A stretch of DNA of 64,000 nt, taken from Eubacteriales bacterium (GTDB lineage Bacteria; Bacillota; Clostridia; Oscillospirales; CAG-272). The stretch lies in assembly GCA_045612105.1 (NCBI GenBank), contig JAZKYL010000113.1, positions 122,315 to 186,314 on the forward strand, read 5' to 3'. The notes under the pieces are model-generated. The model did not search any database. It worked only from the letters and a program-made list of their open reading frames with translations, and had not been told where the DNA came from. Shown one piece after another: positions 36,987 to 45,480 of this stretch. How positions within the stretch are numbered: the first letter of the stretch is position 1; each line of letters opens with the position of its first letter. The position numbers and the translations under genes were made by a program.

Positions 36987-37108
36987 TATAATCTCCATTC
37001 CGCCGCCAAGCGGCGGCACAAATAGTAATCGATGAATTTTGCCGCACGGCAAAATTCGCGCGTGAAAAAGATCGTTTCACCTTTATATTGGAAGTAACTT
37101 TCACGCTA
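36987..37108 (-). promoter_or_regulatory. copy A of a recurrent ~122-nt three-hairpin leader/intercistronic element
   Basis: H1: GCGUGAAAG…CUUUUUCACGC. H2: GAAUUUUGCC-gugc-GGCAAAAUUC. H3: GCCGCC-gcuu-GGCGGC, followed by GGAG SD and ATG. 104/122 positions are identical (hand count, gapless) to copy C. Confidence 0.7.
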
Positions 37109-37125
37109 ATCAGCCTTTCTGAAAA

Positions 37126-37572
37126 TCAGTTATCGTTCTCGATGTCGGTAAGCAGATCGACTCTTGTCTGATGTCTGCCGCCTTCAAATTCAGTATCAAC
37201 GAAAAGGTCAACCATATCACACGCAAGACCGGGACCAACAACTCTACCACCCATACAAAGAACGTTTGCATTATTGTGCATTCTGGTCATTCTTGCTGAA
37301 AAGGTGTCGGAGCAGCAAGCGGCACGGATACCGTTGTGCTTGTTTGCCGCGATAGAAATGCCGATTCCCGTACCGCAAACAAGAATTCCGCGCTCAAACT
37401 CGCCTGACTGGATTCTTTCGCATACCTTGCGAGCATAATCGGGATAGTTGCAGGAGTCGGTGGAATATGTTCCTACGTCGGTAACCTTAATTCCTTTTTT
37501 TTCAAGATGAGCAATGATTTCGTTCTTAAGCTCAAATCCACCGTGGTCGCAACCGATAATGATCTTTTCCAT
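37126..37572 (-). CDS. rpiB: ribose-5-phosphate isomerase B
   Basis: IIIGCDHGGFELK and GTGIGISIAANK motifs; 148 aa. Confidence 0.92.
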   Translation of the reverse strand: MEKIIIGCDHGGFELKNEIIAHLEKKGIKVTDVGTYSTDSCNYPDYARKVCERIQSGEFERGILVCGTGIGISIAANKHNGIRAACCSDTFSARMTRMHNNANVLCMGGRVVGPGLACDMVDLFVDTEFEGGRHQTRVDLLTDIENDN

Positions 37573-37599
37573 AATATAATACCTCTTTTTTATTATTTT

Positions 37600-38298
37600 T
37601 TATTTAATTCCAAGCCTTTCGTTTCTCTCGCGTTCTGCCTGCGAGGGACGAAGGTATATTGGGACTATCTCACCGTCTGTAAGCGTTTGCCCCATATTGT
37701 ATTTTTCAAAAGCACAGCAAGCTACGCTGTATGCGCTCTGTACTCTCATTCTTTCGGGCACGAAACCGATCTTTGTTTTCTTAAATCCCTTTTCAGTGAT
37801 CGAATAACCGTCGCCGACGAGATAGATCGGCTTTTCAACAGCCGAAAGCTCTTCGTCAAGCTCTTCAATAGATAACGCTCTGTCATCGCATAGACGGATC
37901 AATACACCGTTTTTACACTCAAAGAGAGCATTGTAGACCTGATTTCGTCTTGCATTCATAACCGGGCAAATGATGCCATCAAATCCAATAAGATTATAAG
38001 CCAATGCCTCGAGAGTTGAAACCGAAACGCAGGGTTTATCCATTCCGTATGCAATACCTTTTACGGTAGCAACTCCGATTCGTACCCCGGTAAAGGATCC
38101 GGGACCTGTACTGCATGAGAAGCAATCGATCTCGTCAAGTTCTGTCTCGGAGATCTTTAATATTTGTTCAACCACGGGAAGAAGGGTCTGGGAATGTGTA
38201 TTTCCTGTATTCACTGTCATCTCAGCAATGAGCTTTTTGTCATCGCAGATCGCGGCGGTGCAGACCTCTGCAGTGGTATCAAGTGCTAATATCTTCAT
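37600..38298 (-). CDS. tsaB: tRNA t6A37 biosynthesis protein TsaB
   Basis: MKILALDTT N-terminus and GPGSFTGVRIG motif. ATG at 38298; the track start at 38307 is a TTG. Confidence 0.88.
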   Translation of the reverse strand: MKILALDTTAEVCTAAICDDKKLIAEMTVNTGNTHSQTLLPVVEQILKISETELDEIDCFSCSTGPGSFTGVRIGVATVKGIAYGMDKPCVSVSTLEALAYNLIGFDGIICPVMNARRNQVYNALFECKNGVLIRLCDDRALSIEELDEELSAVEKPIYLVGDGYSITEKGFKKTKIGFVPERMRVQSAYSVACCAFEKYNMGQTLTDGEIVPIYLRPSQAERERNERLGIK

Positions 38299-38303
38299 TA
38301 TTA

Positions 38304-38786
38304 TCAAGCTCCAATAAGACTAATTGTAATATTTCTCTTATCTCCAAGATCTATCTTCTCGATCTCAACCTTGAGATAGCTGTCGGGAAGCGCATAGGGG
38401 ATCATCTCGCACCATTCAGCGATACAAACGGCATCGGGACGGAGATAGTCGTAAAAACCGATAGAATACAGGTCGTCCTCGTCGGCAATACGGTACATAT
38501 CAAAGTGGTAGACCCTTTTGATGCCGCCCACAGGTAATTTGCATTTGTATTCGTTTACAAGAGCAAACGTAGGGGATTTTACGGTATATCCTTGACAGAT
38601 CTCAGAGCAAAATCCTTGCACGAATGCGGTCTTGCCCACTCCAAGATCACCGTACATTGCTACAAATCTTGGAAGACTCTCGTCACTTGTTATAGCTTCA
38701 GCCAATAAGTGACCCAATGCCTCGGTTGCGTCGGAGTTCTCAGTAACAGTGACTAATGGTAGATTCATATTCTTATTCATCTGCAC
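38304..38786 (-). CDS. tsaE: tRNA t6A37 biosynthesis ATPase TsaE
   Basis: GDLGVGKT Walker A and SPTF motifs. Start is ambiguous among three ATGs (38786, 38780, 38768). Confidence 0.85.
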   Translation of the reverse strand: MQMNKNMNLPLVTVTENSDATEALGHLLAEAITSDESLPRFVAMYGDLGVGKTAFVQGFCSEICQGYTVKSPTFALVNEYKCKLPVGGIKRVYHFDMYRIADEDDLYSIGFYDYLRPDAVCIAEWCEMIPYALPDSYLKVEIEKIDLGDKRNITISLIGA

Positions 38787-39879
38787 TATTTTCCATTGAT
38801 TCTACAGCGGCGATAAATCTCACGTCGTTGCGTATAGGTGCCCAGATACGGTTAGAGAATCGACCGCGAAGAAGCTTTTCACAAAGAGTTAAGGTCTCAA
38901 CACCATCACGTTTTTCGGTATTATAATCAATAGTATTCAGAAGAACAGATTCATACTTTGCAGTTTCAGGCAGGGAATCAAACGCGATAGCATAATGTGC
39001 CATTTTCTCAACGCATTTGATCGCGTTTTCTCTGTCACCCTTTACAAGATAATTAAGCGCGAGCTGGCGGTATGAATTGGCAAGTCTATCATTATAATAC
39101 AAATAATTACCGTCAAAGATCAACTCAAAAAGCTTTACACCCTTTTCAAGTATCTCTATCTTTTGATCAATGGAGTAATGGTCTCCCGAAATATCCGGAA
39201 CACAAGCAATATTGTAAAAATGCCACCACATACTGTCCGCAAACTCCATAATATTAGTTTGCGCCTGATTGAAGGCTATATCACCGGTAAGCACAGTCGC
39301 TTTTACGATCTCCTTACTGTAATCCATAGAGTGAAGCTTTTCGGCAATGTCCATAGCTAACTGATCGTTACCGAGCTGATGAGAATATATGTCGCAAAGA
39401 GTCTTTTTAGTCTCATCGCGTATTTCATCATCAGTACAAAACTCAAGAATGTGATTGCAAAGAGAAACAGCCTCAATAAGATCGTTCTTTCGGGGCTTGC
39501 CTTCAGCCGAAATTGCCGAAAGGGTCTTGGCAAGCTCAAGTTGGATCTCGTAAGAAGAGGGAATATCCGCATAGGCTTCTCTGAGCAGAGCAAGGCACTC
39601 ACCAAGCTTTTCATTCGAAGCAAGAATATCAGCTTGCTCTATATAATCCTTGATCTTAGCTTCTTTTTGAACGCTGTCGTAACACAGCAGCTCATCCATT
39701 CCGACACCGAAAAAGTCCGCGATCTGGGGTAAAGACTCTATATCGGGATAGCAGATTTCCGATTCCCAGCGGGAAACCGCCTGAGGAGTAACTCCGAGGT
39801 ATGCCGCAAGCTTGTCCTGCGTAACGTCATTGTTTTTCCTCAAAAGTCGTATTTTTTGACCAATTTTAATTTCTGTCAT
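38773..39879 (-). CDS. XRE-family HTH regulator with TPR-like C-terminal domain
   Basis: N-terminal IGQKIRLLRKNNDVTQDKLAAYLGVTPQAVSRWE (Cro/C1 HTH), followed by about 300 aa of helical repeat-like sequence. Confidence 0.8.
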   Translation of the reverse strand: MTEIKIGQKIRLLRKNNDVTQDKLAAYLGVTPQAVSRWESEICYPDIESLPQIADFFGVGMDELLCYDSVQKEAKIKDYIEQADILASNEKLGECLALLREAYADIPSSYEIQLELAKTLSAISAEGKPRKNDLIEAVSLCNHILEFCTDDEIRDETKKTLCDIYSHQLGNDQLAMDIAEKLHSMDYSKEIVKATVLTGDIAFNQAQTNIMEFADSMWWHFYNIACVPDISGDHYSIDQKIEILEKGVKLFELIFDGNYLYYNDRLANSYRQLALNYLVKGDRENAIKCVEKMAHYAIAFDSLPETAKYESVLLNTIDYNTEKRDGVETLTLCEKLLRGRFSNRIWAPIRNDVRFIAAVESMENSADE

Positions 39880-40150
39880 TTTAATCCAAACCTTTCATAA
39901 ATATGATAAATCTGCAATTATACATAATACATTATATATCAAATAATAGCGAATGTCAATATTTAATTTACAAAAAGCAACCGATTGTTTAAAAAATATT
40001 TTTAAGAAAAATCAAAAACCCTCTTTACTTTCGCGCAATAAAGTGGTAGAATAATATAGGTAAATATTTTGACGAAAAATATACCGATATCGCATGCCCC
40101 TTTTCGACCTTAAAAAAAAATCAACATTAAATTAAAAAAAGAGGTAAAAA

Positions 40151-40456
40151 ATGAAAAGAGATCACGACGAAAACATCGAATTTCTTTACAGAAGTATCGT
40201 TTCTATCGAAAATCCCGAAGATTGCAAAAGCTTTTTCGAGGATATCTGCACCAAGAGTGAGATACTCGAAATGTCCAGAAGACTTAAGGCAGCAAAAATG
40301 CTCAGCGAGGGAATAGTCTACGCTGAAATCGCCGCTCAGACCGGACTCAGCACCGCCACCATCAGCCGTGTTAATCATTGCTTGAAATACGGTAGCGAGG
40401 GATATCTGAAGGTTCTTGAAAAAATGAAGCTTGAAGATAAAAAACTTTTGAAATAA
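40151..40456 (+). CDS. YerC/YecD-family TrpR-like protein
   Basis: …FFEDICT.SEILEMSRRLKAAKML…TGLSTATISRV… is typical of the YerC family; GAGGT SD. Confidence 0.8.
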   Translation: MKRDHDENIEFLYRSIVSIENPEDCKSFFEDICTKSEILEMSRRLKAAKMLSEGIVYAEIAAQTGLSTATISRVNHCLKYGSEGYLKVLEKMKLEDKKLLK

Positions 40457-40475
40457 TTAGTGAAAGGGATTTTAT

Positions 40476-41246
40476 ATGCCCGCATACGATTCAATAGCAT
40501 CGGTATACGATAACATAAACTCAGAGATAGACTATTCCGCTTGGGCGGATTTTATCGAGGATTGCTTTAAAAAGCATTTGTCTAACAAGCCCGAATTAGT
40601 TTTTGACCTTGCCTGCGGAACAGGAAGTATGACCCTTGAATTGGCATCACGCGGCTACGATATGATAGGTGCGGACCTCAGCGAGGATATGCTCACAGAG
40701 GCGATGGACAAGGCTTATGACAAGGGTATTGAGGGAGTTCTGTTTTTAAGACAGGATATGCGTTCTTTCGAGCTTTACGGCACGGTGGGAGCTATCACGT
40801 GCTGTCTTGACAGCGTCAACTATCTTACCGAAGTCGGCGACCTTGAAAAATGCTTCAAATGCGTACACAACTATCTCGACCCCGACGGACTTTTCATTTT
40901 CGACGTAAATACACCCCATAAATTCGAAAACATATACGGTAATCAGCATTACATCTTTGAGGACAAGAATTCTTATGGGGAAAATGTTTATTGCGGTTGG
41001 CAAAACGATTACGACGAGGAAACGAAGCTCTGCAATTTCTATCTTTCGGTATTTACCGAGGAAGAAGACGGCAGATTTTCTCGTGCTGACGAGGTACAGA
41101 CCGAACGTTGTTATTCGAAGGAAGAATTAACGGATAATCTGAAAATTTGCGGATTTGAGGTCATCGGATTTTACGGCGATTACAAGTTTTCTGCTCCCGA
41201 AAATGATTGTGAACGGTGGTATATCGTTGCAAGGGCAAAAAAATAA
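40476..41246 (+). CDS. class I SAM-dependent methyltransferase
   Basis: VFDLACGTG motif I with the downstream pattern. Confidence 0.8.
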   Translation: MPAYDSIASVYDNINSEIDYSAWADFIEDCFKKHLSNKPELVFDLACGTGSMTLELASRGYDMIGADLSEDMLTEAMDKAYDKGIEGVLFLRQDMRSFELYGTVGAITCCLDSVNYLTEVGDLEKCFKCVHNYLDPDGLFIFDVNTPHKFENIYGNQHYIFEDKNSYGENVYCGWQNDYDEETKLCNFYLSVFTEEEDGRFSRADEVQTERCYSKEELTDNLKICGFEVIGFYGDYKFSAPENDCERWYIVARAKK

Positions 41247-41271
41247 CAGCACTACAAATTTAGGAGAAAAA

Positions 41272-42150
41272 ATGGCACAGTCTAAAATTTTGCGCGCTAT
41301 GACCAGTGATGGCAGCGCAAGAATACACGTAATAAATTCGACAGAGATAGTTAATAAGGCTATCGGTTATCACAACACATCCGCAACGGCAACAGCTACA
41401 CTCGGAAGACTTTTGACGGTTACGTCTATGATGGGATGTATGCTCGGCGACAAGGAGGACACCATCACCGTTTCTCTCAACGGCGACGGTCCTGCGGGTA
41501 GAGTGCTTGCGGTCAGCGATTATATCGGAAACGTACGCGGATACATTCAGAATCCATCGGTTGATATTCCTCTTAAGCCTAACGGTAAGCTTGACGTAAG
41601 CGGAGCTGTGGGCAAGGGATTTCTCAATCTTATCAAGGATATGGGATCCGCAGAGCCTTACAATGGCTCTATCGAGCTGGTTTCGGGCGAGATCGCGGAA
41701 GATATCGCTTCCTATTACGCGCAAAGTGAACAGGTACCCACTGTTTGCGCTCTTGGTGTACTTGTTGATACCGATCTCTCCTGCAAAGCCGCAGGAGGTA
41801 TCATAATTCAGCTTCTTCCTTTTGCAGATGATGAAACTGTTACTAAGATCGAGAAGAATATTCCTTTTCTCTCAAACGTTTCCAGACTCTTTGATAAGGG
41901 TATGAGCAACGAAGAAATTGCTGCATTAGCTCTTCAGGATATCGAATACGACCTTTTTGACGAGATCGACGTTGATTACCTCTGCACCTGCTCGAGAGAA
42001 CGTATGGAGAAAGCTATGAAATCTATCGACCCCAAGGATCTTCGCAAAATGTTCGATGAGCAGATTGCTGAAGGAAAGCCCGAGGAGCTTGAGATCCAGT
42101 GTAGATTCTGTAATTCAAAATACACATTTAAACCTGAGGATTTGATATAA
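41272..42150 (+). CDS. hslO: redox-regulated chaperone Hsp33
   Basis: C-terminal CTCS…CRFCN zinc centre on an Hsp33 core. AGGAG SD precedes the ATG at 41272; the track start at 41155 overlaps the methyltransferase. Confidence 0.88.
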   Translation: MAQSKILRAMTSDGSARIHVINSTEIVNKAIGYHNTSATATATLGRLLTVTSMMGCMLGDKEDTITVSLNGDGPAGRVLAVSDYIGNVRGYIQNPSVDIPLKPNGKLDVSGAVGKGFLNLIKDMGSAEPYNGSIELVSGEIAEDIASYYAQSEQVPTVCALGVLVDTDLSCKAAGGIIIQLLPFADDETVTKIEKNIPFLSNVSRLFDKGMSNEEIAALALQDIEYDLFDEIDVDYLCTCSRERMEKAMKSIDPKDLRKMFDEQIAEGKPEELEIQCRFCNSKYTFKPEDLI

Positions 42151-42190
42151 TTCATCAATCGCAAATCAACTGATCAGGAGGAATAAGTAT

Positions 42191-42937
42191 ATGGAATTTC
42201 AAAACAAAACCGCTTTAATAACAGGCGGCGCATCGGGTATTGGTTTTCTGACCGCAAAATGCATGGCAAAAGAAGGCGCGAACGTGCTTTTGGTTGATAT
42301 CAATGAAACCGCTCTTATCGAAAAAGCCGCAGAGATCAATGCAGATGGTGTCGGTAAGGCTGAATATGCGGTTTGCGACGTAAGAGAATACGACCAGGTC
42401 GTTTCCGCTACCGACAGAGCGGTTGAAAAGTTTGGAAGACTTGACATACTCATAAACTGTGCCGGAGGCTGTGAGCGTCGTTGCAACAATTACGAGGGTG
42501 ATTGGCTTGATATGCCTTCCGAGATCTTTGATTGGGGCGTTGACGTTAATCTGAAGGGACCCTACTATTTCTCCCAAGCGGCTATGCGCCATATGGTCAA
42601 GCAAAAAAGCGGAGTAATTATTTATTTAGGCTCGATCTGCGGAGAAGAAGCGGCACTTTCTATGGCTTATGCGGTTTCCAAGGCGGGACTTATGAACGCT
42701 CTTGTAAAATCTGTCGCTCAATACGGTGCTCGCCACAACGTAAGAGCCGTTTGCGTCAGCCCTGGTCCCGTGCTTACTCGCGAGGCTATGGGCAAGCTGA
42801 GAACTCTTGTAGGCAGAGCGGCAGAAACACAGGAAATCGTTGATTTCATTATGTATATGGCATCGGATAAAGCAGCCTTTATTACAGGAAGCAACCATCT
42901 TATCGACGGCGGAAGAATCGCTATGACAAGAGGATAA
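42191..42937 (+). CDS. SDR-family oxidoreductase
   Basis: TGGASGIG and YAVSKAG motifs. Confidence 0.85.
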   Translation: MEFQNKTALITGGASGIGFLTAKCMAKEGANVLLVDINETALIEKAAEINADGVGKAEYAVCDVREYDQVVSATDRAVEKFGRLDILINCAGGCERRCNNYEGDWLDMPSEIFDWGVDVNLKGPYYFSQAAMRHMVKQKSGVIIYLGSICGEEAALSMAYAVSKAGLMNALVKSVAQYGARHNVRAVCVSPGPVLTREAMGKLRTLVGRAAETQEIVDFIMYMASDKAAFITGSNHLIDGGRIAMTRG

Positions 42938-42962
42938 TTAACATCAAACGGAGGACAAAAAT

Positions 42963-43835
42963 ATGATTTATTCAACCACACTTGACGTTTTAGCAACAAC
43001 CTTTGGCAGAGGTAAGGGAATTGAGATAATCGCAGACGCAGGATTTCCCGCAATCGACTTTTCAATGTTCCGTGACCTTGATTTCGCTTTTGCGGATAAC
43101 TGGAAGGAAAACACCCTCTTATTCAAAAATATTGCCGACTCGCGCGGGGTTATCTTCAATCAGGCTCACGCTCCTTTCGGCGGCGGTTGGGAAAAGTACA
43201 CCAAGGAGACGGCACCTATGTTTCCTCGTCTCTTTGAGGTCTGCGCTCTTCTCGGTATAAAGAATATAATTGTTCACCCCATCCAAAAGGTTCCTTATCT
43301 CGGACGAGAAGAAGAAATGTTCGAGATAAATATGGAATTTTACAATTCCTTGGCACCTCACGCAAAGAATTGCGGCGTTAAGATCGCAATCGAGAATATG
43401 TGGCAGAACAGACCGGTCACCGGATACATATGCGACTGTGTTTGCGCAGATCCCCGAGAGCTTAACCGCTATTATGACTCATTGAACGATCCCGAGGCAT
43501 TTACCGTTTGTCTCGACCTCGGTCACGTAGCACTTTGCGGCAGAGAGCCTCAGGATGCTATCAGAACCATCGGTCATGACCGTCTCGGTTGTCTCCACGT
43601 ACACGACGTTGACTACGTAAAGGATCTTCACACCCTCCCCGGAAGTGCAAGAATCAACTGGGATGCGGTTTGCCATGCACTGGCAGACGTTGATTATAAG
43701 GGCGACTTCACACTTGAAGCTGACAACTTCCTGCTTAAATACGATCCCGAATTTCGTCCTACTGCAACGAGATTTATGGCAGACGTTTGTAAGCATCTGA
43801 CCGGTAAGATCGAGGCTTACAAGGCGGCGAAATAA
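42963..43835 (+). CDS. sugar-phosphate isomerase/epimerase (xylose-isomerase-like TIM barrel)
   Basis: Pattern …IVHP…IAIENM…LDLGH…HVHD… is typical of the AP_endonuc_2 family. Confidence 0.75.
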   Translation: MIYSTTLDVLATTFGRGKGIEIIADAGFPAIDFSMFRDLDFAFADNWKENTLLFKNIADSRGVIFNQAHAPFGGGWEKYTKETAPMFPRLFEVCALLGIKNIIVHPIQKVPYLGREEEMFEINMEFYNSLAPHAKNCGVKIAIENMWQNRPVTGYICDCVCADPRELNRYYDSLNDPEAFTVCLDLGHVALCGREPQDAIRTIGHDRLGCLHVHDVDYVKDLHTLPGSARINWDAVCHALADVDYKGDFTLEADNFLLKYDPEFRPTATRFMADVCKHLTGKIEAYKAAK

Positions 43836-43852
43836 TAGTTATACATAAAATT

Positions 43853-43876
43853 AGGGCTCTCCAACAGGAGAGCCCT
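43853..43876. terminator. bidirectional terminator
   Basis: AGGGCTCTCC-aaca-GGAGAGCCCT between convergent genes. Confidence 0.75.
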
Positions 43877-43886
43877 TGTTGTTAAA

Positions 43887-44450
43887 TTATACGTATTGTT
43901 TTTTGACTAACCTTTGCAGAAGCTCTTTCAAAGGGAAGATCAAAAGCCCTGCAACGAGATTTCCTATGCCATGTATAATGTCAAAGGGAATTCCGGCGAT
44001 TATCCAGGCTACCAATCCGTCAAAATCAAGGCCGAACATTAGTGCCTCTGCCGGGGCATACAAGATTCCGTATGCAAAGCCGTGTATGCTGCATAGCAAT
44101 GGATATACTACGCAAGCGAGCCATTTTGGCATATTCTTCGGCAAGATCATAGCTATCGCCCAAAGAATAGTCCAAATATAAAGGTAGGGAACCCACCAAA
44201 GATTGAAGCCGCCGTAGAGTCCGATCAACAAAACGTTGATATATATGGGAATCAGTGCTTTTGCGCGAAAAACCAAGGTGTAGGTTATGGTCAACATTCC
44301 GAGCAGGTGAACGTTTGGCAGAAATTCCATAACAACCTTTGAGCAGAACATCAGCGCGCCGAGCATTGCGAATACAACGATCTCCCACACTCGTCTGCGC
44401 CATTTATCGCGTCCTCTTTTTCCGTTTTGCGAATTACTTTGTGTAGACAA
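43887..44450 (-). CDS. ECF-transporter S-component-like membrane protein (candidate cobalamin-specific, CbrT-like)
   Basis: About 6 TM helices and 187 aa. Second gene of a riboswitch-led operon, overlapping the DUF4430 gene by 17 nt. Substrate is inferred from context only. Confidence 0.6.
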   Translation of the reverse strand: MSTQSNSQNGKRGRDKWRRRVWEIVVFAMLGALMFCSKVVMEFLPNVHLLGMLTITYTLVFRAKALIPIYINVLLIGLYGGFNLWWVPYLYIWTILWAIAMILPKNMPKWLACVVYPLLCSIHGFAYGILYAPAEALMFGLDFDGLVAWIIAGIPFDIIHGIGNLVAGLLIFPLKELLQRLVKKQYV

Positions 44451-44886
44451 ATCTGTAGCTCTCCCCGCCGTCGATCTTTTCTTCGTTTACACCATGGGAC
44501 ATCATAGTCTCACCCCCGTAAAAAGCCCAGTATGCCTGATCCTTTTCCCAGCTTGCTTCGATTCCGTTAAGTACGTTGAAAAAAGAAGCATCGTTGATAA
44601 GCTTATGTTCAAACATAGCTTCGCCAAGAGTTGCCTTGTCTGTTTTCAAGGTAATAGTAAGGCTTTTTCCTTCAGCCTCAACGGTAAGGGTAACCGTTTT
44701 GGCGCCTTCGCCAACAGTGGTGTTGGAAAGATGAGTAGCTGTTGTCCAAAGCCCCGTGGCTTCGAGCTTTTCGCCTTCAGCTAGGGTTTCAGCGGTTGTG
44801 TCTTCGTTTTTCTCGCAAGCAGCAATGCTGAAAATGCAAATCAAAGCAAGCATGAGCGCGAGAAGTGTCAATGTGATTCTTTTCAT
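44434..44886 (-). CDS. DUF4430-like lipoprotein (transcobalamin-like domain)
   Basis: Signal peptide plus lipobox (…SIAAC). The C-terminal …NGIEASWEKDQAYWAFYGGETM…GGESYRFVY pattern is typical of DUF4430. Confidence 0.7.
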   Translation of the reverse strand: MKRITLTLLALMLALICIFSIAACEKNEDTTAETLAEGEKLEATGLWTTATHLSNTTVGEGAKTVTLTVEAEGKSLTITLKTDKATLGEAMFEHKLINDASFFNVLNGIEASWEKDQAYWAFYGGETMMSHGVNEEKIDGGESYRFVYTK

Positions 44887-44919
44887 TTTGCGAATCCTTT
44901 CTTGTGTTTATTTTCACAA

Positions 44920-44953
44920 AAAGGATAAAATAAAAGCGCCCTCCCGTGGGCGC
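44920..44953 (-). terminator. intrinsic terminator (riboswitch expression platform)
   Basis: On the minus strand: GCGCCC-acggga-GGGCGC followed by UUUUAUUUU, about 35 nt before the SD. Confidence 0.75.
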
Positions 44954-45150
44954 AAAAAGGGAAGGCGACCCTGCTCAAGTCACCTATTACCCATCTCCCC
45001 ACGTTGCCCAAGAGACTTTTACAGGTCGCAGAACGATAAGCATTCCGACTTGATCGCTTACGTAGTAAGCAAAGATACGGTAATGGCTGTTGCCGCGGAT
45101 TCCCACCGCCGTTTCCTTATCCCCGAGTAATACCGTCAAGCAGTATACCC
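44954..45150 (-). promoter_or_regulatory. probable cobalamin riboswitch aptamer
   Basis: Minus strand shows AGGAAacggcGGUGGGAAUCCgcgGC, …CAGCCAUUACCGUA… and a B12-box-like AAGUCGGAA…GACCUG. Gene context fits; the match to consensus is imperfect. Confidence 0.6.
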
Positions 45151-45201
45151 GACAAAGAATTTACATTCTATGAACTGCGTTTATTCTTTTTATGTATCTG
45201 T

Positions 45202-45230
45202 ATTATAACACGAAACTCTATAAAAATCAA
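45202..45230 (-). promoter_or_regulatory. sigma-A promoter (TTGATT-17-TATAAT) driving the riboswitch operon
   Basis: Read on the minus strand. Confidence 0.6.
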
Positions 45231-45307
45231 TAATTTTTTCAAATTTATATAATTATTTTAATTTTATTTGTAAATCATATTGTAATTACTCACACGGAGA
45301 ACTTATA

Positions 45308-45418
45308 ATGACTACCGGTTGGAAGTATTATATGCAGAACGAGGTGCATCCCAACGCTAAAGGTTAGGATCTTTACGGCGAAGTAGTATATGCTTACGTA
45401 GAAAATGCTTTGAAATAA
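45308..45418 (+). pseudogene. remnant of the C-terminus of an SGNH/GDSL hydrolase, with an in-frame TAG
   Basis: Translates as …MQNEVHPNAKG*DLYGEVVYAYVENALK*, resembling SGNH block V (DxxHPN..G) and the terminal helix. No upstream body remains, only AT-rich non-coding DNA. Confidence 0.4.
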
Positions 45419-45440
45419 GCTTTGCACAACTAAAAATTTA

Positions 45441-45470
45441 GCCTCCCGAGACGACCTCGGGAGGCATTTT
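45441..45470. terminator. bidirectional terminator
   Basis: GCCTCCCGAG-acgac-CTCGGGAGGC followed by TTTT. Confidence 0.8.
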
Positions 45471-45480
45471 ACTTATTGAA

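Noticed and set aside
36987-37052. A conserved upstream peptide (MPxGKIH…GGGMEI) shared by three ORFs, considered as a possible leader peptide or real N-terminal extension
   Set aside because: The 57245 'start' was checked and is a TTG inside the H2 stem with no SD. Similarity among the three follows nucleotide identity and palindromes, with compensatory change in copy B, rather than amino-acid conservation. A strong SD and ATG follow immediately.
44954-45150. TPP or other riboswitch class for the DUF4430 operon leader
   Set aside because: The leader lacks the CUGAGA and ACCUGAUCUGGAUAAUGCCAGCG TPP signatures. GGUGGGAAUCC, the B12-box-like element and the gene context fit cobalamin better, though still imperfectly.
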